A stretch of 64,000 nucleotides of DNA, from contig JBAYHD010000003.1 of NCBI GenBank assembly GCA_041666305.1, positions 30,266 through 94,265 of the forward strand, in the 5' to 3' direction. Below the pieces are notes generated by a model. That model was given only the letters and a program-made list of their open reading frames with translations, had not been told where the DNA came from and did no database searches. Source of the DNA: Minisyncoccota bacterium (GTDB lineage Bacteria > Patescibacteriota > Minisyncoccia > Phycocordibacterales > Phycocordibacteraceae). Below are positions 58,664 through 64,000 of this stretch, piece after piece (the first letter of the stretch is position 1; every line of letters starts with the position of its first letter). A program made the translations under genes and the position numbers.

Positions 58664-59069
58664 TGGAGGTGTGGAGAATCGAACCCCAGTCCGAATCTGG
58701 CTATGAAAGCGAGTCTACGACGCATAGTCGGCGTTAGTGTCTGAGATAGGGTGCGAGGAACGCAGACGAAACCACTCCTATCCGATCCCTAATTTAGGCG
58801 CGCCGGCCGGGAACCCGGGCGCCGATGCTACAGACCATTCCGCCCATTCCTCCCGCTGTAGAAACCGGAGAGGATGAACGTCGCGAGGCGAGTGGCCGTT
58901 AGGCGACCGCGTACGCGAACGAGAAGTCCTTCATACCGAAGTACGGGGACTTAACGCTTGCAAGAGTATTCTTGGCAAGTTTGGTTGCTCGTTGGATTGT
59001 GAGTGTCATACGAGCGTGCACTGCGTCGCACGTCTTTCAAAGTACAGACCGTCAAAGCCGGTCACCCCC
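58664..59069 (-). ncRNA. ssrA: tmRNA (SsrA), ~406 nt
   Basis: Minus-strand 5' end GGGGGUGACCGGCUUUGACGG (cf. E. coli GGGGCUGAUUCUGGAUUCGACGGG); 3' tRNA-like end UGGGGUUCGAUUCUCCA-CACCUCC-A with acceptor 7-bp helix containing G3:U70 wobble (Ala identity); adjacent to smpB on same strand; internal candidate tag ORF ending ...AYAVA-UAA (stop at plus 58899-58901). Confidence 0.75.
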
Positions 59070-59139
59070 AGAAAATACATGATATCATCACGTCCTTTCT
59101 GCGATCGACCATGTAGGACCTCGGAGGTCCTACATGAGG

Positions 59140-59592
59140 CTAACGATGCTTCAATTCTCGTGCGGTCTCGCGCAATGCTGTTTTCTTTTTCAAGTCTTCG
59201 CGGCGGTCAGATTTTCCTTTGCCGCGAACGATAGCGATGCGCGCCTTCACGAGTCTGCCGGAAGTATACACCTCAAGTGGGATAATTGTCAAGCCTTTCT
59301 TGGATTCTGCCGCATAAAGCTCTGCTATTTCTTTCTTTTTGAGAAGTAGCCGACGCGCACGTTCGGGGTCGTAGCTTTTCGCCGTGTTTGCCGCTTGATA
59401 CGGCGGGATGGTCATACCCACGATGAACGCTTCTCCGCCGCGCACCACGACACGCGAGCCGTCCAAGGAGCCGAGCTTGTTTCGAAGCGATTTTACTTCA
59501 GTACCGGACAGCTCAAGCCCCGCCGCAAAACTTTCGAGCGGCGCATACTTAAGCAAGGCTTTTTTATATTCGACGAGGGTCATGTGAGCCAA
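59140..59592 (-). CDS. smpB: SsrA-binding protein SmpB
   Basis: 150 aa; conserved SmpB blocks (LESFAAGLELSGTEVKSLR, IVGMTIPPY, RRLLLKKKEI). Confidence 0.9.
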   Translation of the reverse strand: MAHMTLVEYKKALLKYAPLESFAAGLELSGTEVKSLRNKLGSLDGSRVVVRGGEAFIVGMTIPPYQAANTAKSYDPERARRLLLKKKEIAELYAAESKKGLTIIPLEVYTSGRLVKARIAIVRGKGKSDRREDLKKKTALRETARELKHR

Positions 59593-59624
59593 GTATAGCG
59601 AAAAATAGAAAATTTAGGAATTTA

Positions 59625-61565
59625 TTGTATACTCTCCGTATGGCAGTAACTCCAAAGAAGCCGAAAGGGAAGAAGGGCGGCGCGCCCAGCACGGCGCGCC
59701 GCGGCTGGCGCGCCGTGCTTGGCGGCCCGTCTTTTTTCGGGAACCTCGTCACGACCGTACTTATTTTCCTGTTACTGATGAGCATGTATTCGCTCGTCGC
59801 GAGTTTTTTCCAGCCGGCAAATGACATCCCACTTTCTGCCGTCGCAGCTGATGTTGAGGCAGGAAAGATAAGCACAATAACGGTGGACGGCGATTCGTTA
59901 AATCTCACCTATGCCGACGGTTCCACCAAAGTCTCGCGCAAAGATCCTTCATCCGGCTTACCTGAGACTTTGGCGACCTATGGCGTCACACCGGAAGAAC
60001 TTTCCAAAGTGGCGATTACGATACAAGGACAAGGCGGGTTCCAGTTCTGGTTCCTCACGCTCGCGCCCGTGCTTCTGCCGCTTCTTTTCATCGCCTTTCT
60101 TTTTTGGTTCCTCTCGCGACAGGTGAAGGGTGCCGGCATGCAGGCATTCAGCTTCGGTCAATCCAAAGCACGCGTCATTGATCCTGCGGATCTTTCCCAG
60201 CGTGTCACCTTTAAAGATGTTGCCGGTGCGCGCGAAGCAAAAGAAGAATTGCTTGAGATAGTGGACTTCCTCAAAAGTCCGAAGAAATTTTTGGATATTG
60301 GCGCACGCATCCCCAAAGGCATTATTCTCATGGGCGCGCCGGGCACCGGCAAGACGCTACTCGCGCGCGCGGTGGCCGGCGAAGCGGGCGTGCCGTTCTT
60401 TTCCATTTCGGGTTCTGAATTCGTGGAAATGTTCGTTGGTGTCGGCGCCAGCCGTGTACGCGACCTCTTCCAGCTCGCGAAGAAAGCTGCGCCCGCAATC
60501 ATTTTCGTGGACGAAATAGACGCGGTCGGTCGCGTGCGCGGGGCAGGGGTGGGTGGCGGCAACGATGAACGCGAACAAACGCTCAATCAGATACTTGTGG
60601 AGATGGACGGTTTCGAACCGACCGAGAAAGTGGTCGTGATGGCGGCAACAAACCGTCCCGACGTGCTTGACCCGGCACTCTTGCGCCCCGGTCGCTTTGA
60701 TCGACGCGTCACCATTGACTTGCCGGACCGCCGCGATCGCGAAGAGATATTGCAAATACACGCGCGTCAAAAGCCGCTCGGTCCGGATGTTGCACTTGCG
60801 GTTATTGCCGAGCGCACTCCGGGCTTCTCGGGCGCCGAGCTCTATTCGCTCATGAATGAGGGCGCGATACTTGCGGCACGCGAAAGTCGAAAAGAAGTAA
60901 CGCAATACGACCTCATCCGCTCCATTGAGAAAGTAATGCTTGGTCCGGAGAGGAAGAGCCATTTGCTGTCAAAAAAAGAAAAAGAGATTACCTCCTATCA
61001 CGAGGCCGGTCACGCGCTCGTTTCTTCGGTCTTGGAGCATGCCGATCCGGTGCACAAAATTTCCATCATCAGCCGCGGCCGCGCGGCGGGCTACACGCTC
61101 AAACTCCCATTCGAAGACCGAAAGATGCAATCGAAGAAACAATTTTTGGATGACATTGCGGCGACTCTTGGCGGCTACGTGGCGGAAGAAATGCTTTTTG
61201 ACGACGTCACGACCGGGCCCAGCAACGACCTCGCAGTCGTCACCGCCATTGCGCGCGAAATGGTCACGCGCTACGGCATGAGCGACAAGCTCGGCCCCAT
61301 TGCCTTCGGCGACCGCCAGATGGGGAACGAACCGTACTCGGAGCAAGTCGCGTCGCAGATAGATGCCGAAGTCTCTCGTATCATCGATGAAGCGAAGGCG
61401 CGCGCGAAGAAAGCCATCTCAGAGCATCGCGACGCGCTCAACGCAATCGCAAAAGAACTTATCGAAAAAGAAACGGTTGAGCGGGGCGATTTCGAAAGAA
61501 TATTAATTGCGAACGGCATCACGCCGAAAAAGCGCGAAGAAGAGGAAAGCGTTCTCTTGGTCTAG
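59625..61565 (+). CDS. ftsH: ATP-dependent zinc metalloprotease FtsH
   Basis: Two N-terminal TMs, AAA+ Walker [14 protein letters not shown], Walker [20 protein letters not shown] zinc site. Confidence 0.95.
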   Translation: MYTLRMAVTPKKPKGKKGGAPSTARRGWRAVLGGPSFFGNLVTTVLIFLLLMSMYSLVASFFQPANDIPLSAVAADVEAGKISTITVDGDSLNLTYADGSTKVSRKDPSSGLPETLATYGVTPEELSKVAITIQGQGGFQFWFLTLAPVLLPLLFIAFLFWFLSRQVKGAGMQAFSFGQSKARVIDPADLSQRVTFKDVAGAREAKEELLEIVDFLKSPKKFLDIGARIPKGIILMGAPGTGKTLLARAVAGEAGVPFFSISGSEFVEMFVGVGASRVRDLFQLAKKAAPAIIFVDEIDAVGRVRGAGVGGGNDEREQTLNQILVEMDGFEPTEKVVVMAATNRPDVLDPALLRPGRFDRRVTIDLPDRRDREEILQIHARQKPLGPDVALAVIAERTPGFSGAELYSLMNEGAILAARESRKEVTQYDLIRSIEKVMLGPERKSHLLSKKEKEITSYHEAGHALVSSVLEHADPVHKISIISRGRAAGYTLKLPFEDRKMQSKKQFLDDIAATLGGYVAEEMLFDDVTTGPSNDLAVVTAIAREMVTRYGMSDKLGPIAFGDRQMGNEPYSEQVASQIDAEVSRIIDEAKARAKKAISEHRDALNAIAKELIEKETVERGDFERILIANGITPKKREEEESVLLV

Positions 61566-62314
61566 GGAAACAGGTTAAATTTAATGATCCACCAAAAAGC
61601 GGAAACACCGTCTTTCCAGCCGATTTTCTTGCCCTCTTTATAATTTCGTCCCGCATAGGAGATACCGACTTCATACATGCGGAAACTCTTCACGCGCGCG
61701 GTTATTTCCGGTTCGAGCCCGAAACGTCGCGAGACGAGTTTGTTTTTGATCGCATCAACAACCTCGCGCGTCATCATTTTGTAACAGGTCTCCATGTCGG
61801 TCAGGTTGAGGTTGGTGAACGCATTGGAAAAGGCGGTGAGAAAACGATTACCCAGATAATGCCAGTAGAACATGACGCGGTGCGGCCGGTTGGTCACGAG
61901 GCGCGATCCGTATACCACGTCCGCTCTGCCATCAAGAATGGGTTCGAGCAAAAGGGAATATTCATTCGGGTCGTACTCAAGGTCCGCATCTTGTATGACC
62001 ACAATGTCGCCCGTGGATTCTCGCATGCCGTCGATAACCGACGCTCCCTTGCCCTGATTCACCCTATGGGTTAAGACAGTATGCCTATCGGACCAGCGTT
62101 CGAGGATGGCGGCACTATTGTCCGTGGAACAATCATTGATCAAAATTATTTCTTTCGTTATTCCTTGCGGAAGTACCGCGTGTTCTACACGCTCAACGAG
62201 TTGAACGAGCGTTTTTTCTTCATTGTAGACCGGAATGATGACCGAAAGTTTCATATGCTGGATTGTATGCCGTCCGCCTGCATTTTGCGAACCGACAATA
62301 GTTCGAACAGGCAC
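61562..62314 (-). CDS. family 2 glycosyltransferase (polyprenyl-phosphate sugar transferase-like)
   Basis: KLSVIIPVYNEEKTL, DADLEYDP (DxD), C-terminal basic region. Confidence 0.8.
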   Translation of the reverse strand: MPVRTIVGSQNAGGRHTIQHMKLSVIIPVYNEEKTLVQLVERVEHAVLPQGITKEIILINDCSTDNSAAILERWSDRHTVLTHRVNQGKGASVIDGMRESTGDIVVIQDADLEYDPNEYSLLLEPILDGRADVVYGSRLVTNRPHRVMFYWHYLGNRFLTAFSNAFTNLNLTDMETCYKMMTREVVDAIKNKLVSRRFGLEPEITARVKSFRMYEVGISYAGRNYKEGKKIGWKDGVSAFWWIIKFNLFP

Positions 62315-63552
62315 TTGCAGAATAGCAGGAAGATGAACGGATATACCGGAATGAGCAGTCTGCTGTCGACAAATGCTCCACAGAGAGCGATGTAGAAAAT
62401 AATAAGGCCGATAAAAAATACATAGAACGGATCACGCCTGAAGACATACGCGCCGACAAAGATAGTGACGTACAACAATAGCCAGATTACGGTTCCAATA
62501 TTGGCAAAGAAATTCCCAATGCGTACGACAAAGGAAGGGGCATGTTTCGCTTCAAGGATGTTTTTGACGAAATAGTCATATCCGTTTTCGAGCGGCGCTT
62601 TCAGCATGGTCTTGGCGAAAAAGAGCGAGAAGCCCGCCGGGTGGCCCAGTATGATCTCTTTCGAATGCTCTTTGAAAAATGCCACGTCCTGGGGAGTTGT
62701 CACCAGCGTGCCGTCTTCGACGTATGCCGGGTCCACGGGAGGGGTCGGACAATCCAATGCGCTCTCTTTGCAAAAACCAAGCACGTTGCCCCAGTACATG
62801 TTGTACCAGCCGATAGACCCGAGGCTTGTTTCATTCCATATAATTTTGTTCCTCACAATCCACGGAACGAACAGTATTGCCATAATCAAGCATGAAATAA
62901 TATAGGGCCGGATCACGGAGAGGTTTTCCGATGTTTTATATTTTCTGTAGACCAGGAATATGATCCACGGCACCAAGAGATATAAACCGATCTCTCTGGT
63001 CAAAATGGCGAGCCCGCCGACGAGTCCCGCCCACATCGGTCTTTCTCGCAAAAAAAGATACATCGATAGAATGAACAGGAAAAGAAAGAACGTGTCGGAC
63101 ATGAGTAGTCCGCCCCAATACAGGGTCATCGGTTCGATGGTCATAAGTATGGCGGCGCCCAAGCCGATGCGTGCGGAATTGAACACCTGTTCTCCGATTC
63201 GTTTTACCAAAATGACCGTCACCGCATATAAGAAATACTGGATCGCCACTATCACGAACGGAGAGAACTTTAAAAAGAACAGAGCAGCCAGGAAAAAAGG
63301 ATAGAACGGCGTATGGAGCATGTCCGGATAAAATGGAGCATGAGACGCGATGCTGTACGTCCCGTACTGTAGGATATTTTCCGCTCCCCGTATGTAAAAA
63401 ACTTGAGCATCGCTGTACGCCGTAAATGCGTGCTGTCCGAATAATGCGAGCACAGGCAGTGCATACAACATCCTAATCCCGAACGCTGCTGCGCCGAGAA
63501 TCCACTCACGCGGAGTGAAAATAACAAGAACACGTTCGAGGGCGCTCTTCAT
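62251..63552 (-). CDS. polytopic membrane glycosyltransferase-like protein (PMT/ArnT GT-C fold suggested)
   Basis: 433 aa, ~11 TM, conserved acidic loop near N-term; partners GT2 gene as in lipid-linked sugar transfer pairs. Confidence 0.45.
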   Translation of the reverse strand: MKSALERVLVIFTPREWILGAAAFGIRMLYALPVLALFGQHAFTAYSDAQVFYIRGAENILQYGTYSIASHAPFYPDMLHTPFYPFFLAALFFLKFSPFVIVAIQYFLYAVTVILVKRIGEQVFNSARIGLGAAILMTIEPMTLYWGGLLMSDTFFLFLFILSMYLFLRERPMWAGLVGGLAILTREIGLYLLVPWIIFLVYRKYKTSENLSVIRPYIISCLIMAILFVPWIVRNKIIWNETSLGSIGWYNMYWGNVLGFCKESALDCPTPPVDPAYVEDGTLVTTPQDVAFFKEHSKEIILGHPAGFSLFFAKTMLKAPLENGYDYFVKNILEAKHAPSFVVRIGNFFANIGTVIWLLLYVTIFVGAYVFRRDPFYVFFIGLIIFYIALCGAFVDSRLLIPVYPFIFLLFCKCLFELLSVRKMQADGIQSSI

Positions 63553-63646
63553 GAAGAATCAGCGTTAATATACCAAAAGCAGAAAGCTTTCACCAATAAA
63601 TAAGCCCCGGCACATGTCCGGGGCTCATGGTTTGCAAGGAGGAATC

Positions 63647-63949
63647 TTACGCCACAATTACTTTTTGCTTTTTGTCCGCGTTTTGCAGGCGGATCCAGAG
63701 TTCTTGCGGACCCGGCTTCGTAACTGCGTCCGTCTTTGCTTTCTTGGCGGGGTCGCGCGTGCGAGCCTTTTTCCCCTCACGTCCGCTCGCGGAGAGGTCC
63801 CGGTACGCATCGCGCAATTCGTTTACCTGCGCATCGCGTGAGGTGAAGCCGTCGTAGGTGCCGCAGGTATATGCGGCAACTATCGATAAGACCATAATGA
63901 TAAGGACTGCAATCGCTTCTGTGAGCGACAATTCAAACTGAAATTTCAT
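63647..63949 (-). CDS. N-terminally anchored small protein, hypothetical
   Basis: 100 aa; single TM then basic tail; terminator hairpin AGCCCCGGACATGTCCGGGGCT at 63601-63622. Confidence 0.3.
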   Translation of the reverse strand: MKFQFELSLTEAIAVLIIMVLSIVAAYTCGTYDGFTSRDAQVNELRDAYRDLSASGREGKKARTRDPAKKAKTDAVTKPGPQELWIRLQNADKKQKVIVA

Positions 63950-64000
63950 GCGAACCTCCCTTTGATTGAATGATTTGACAGGACGAACTGCGGGGAATCA

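Noticed and set aside
60357-60962. 201-aa ORF antisense to ftsH
   Set aside because: Shadow of ftsH.
63647-63949. Type IV pilin/pseudopilin call for the N-terminally anchored 100-aa protein
   Set aside because: N-terminus MKFQFELSLTEAIAVLII lacks the G/FTLIE prepilin peptidase motif with Glu at +5.

Overview
This 64-kb window is a chromosomal segment from a moderately high-GC bacterium; the genome-wide GC level could not be computed here. It carries three visibly AT-richer insertions at about 2990-3700, 22700-26740 and 34790-39480. The many small secreted or membrane proteins, the sortase and the reduced RF2 hint at a small-genome lineage such as CPR/Patescibacteria, but that is a weak inference. 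TGA is used as a stop codon, so the standard genetic code applies.

Core content (supported by motifs read directly in the ORF translations):
- An MsbA-type ABC exporter.
- A PIN-PhoH (PhoH2) ATPase.
- A copper module: csoR, copA, an HMA-domain membrane protein and a cupredoxin. A CsoR-type palindromic operator overlaps the promoter.
- Two cupins.
- A sortase next to an ice-binding-like (DUF3494) surface protein with an LPNAG-type sorting signal.
- prfB (RF2), apparently lacking the canonical frameshift leader.
- ftsE-ftsX and pyrG.
- A NitT/TauT-type ABC pair and a SanA/DUF218 protein.
- An AI-2E transporter, and ArsR plus TspO flanked by identical palindromes.
- A DEDDh exonuclease, VanY/M15 plus two tandem M14 carboxypeptidases, MscL and an MBL-fold hydrolase.
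- A pseudouridine synthase, an ABC-F ATPase and an NRAMP transporter.
- An SDR oxidoreductase, TypA/BipA, a CFA-synthase-like methyltransferase and pyrE-like/pyrF.
- smpB, ftsH, a GT2 and a PMT-like glycosyltransferase.

RNA genes: tRNA-Met(CAT), tRNA-Asp(GTC), tRNA-Thr(GGT), tRNA-Thr(CGT), tRNA-Gln(CTG), and a 406-nt tmRNA (ssrA) next to smpB that the ORF track cannot show.

Accessory and mobile content:
- A hicB-hicA pair.
- An HTH plus LAGLIDADG-like ORF whose 3' end runs into tRNA-Met.
- A RAYT (IS200-like) transposase flanked by REP-like palindromes.
- A roughly 4-kb island at the 3' end of tRNA-Gln. It carries a phiX174-type rolling-circle Rep, a +1-frameshifted large serine recombinase, an XRE regulator and a secreted HExxH protein.
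- A GIY-YIG-SET fusion protein.
- A duplicated promoter/leader/small-ORF/terminator module.
- A Doc toxin.
- A low-GC restriction-modification island: a RadC-Dam methyltransferase fusion, a second Dam-family methyltransferase and a candidate endonuclease.

No CRISPR array and no rRNA were seen.
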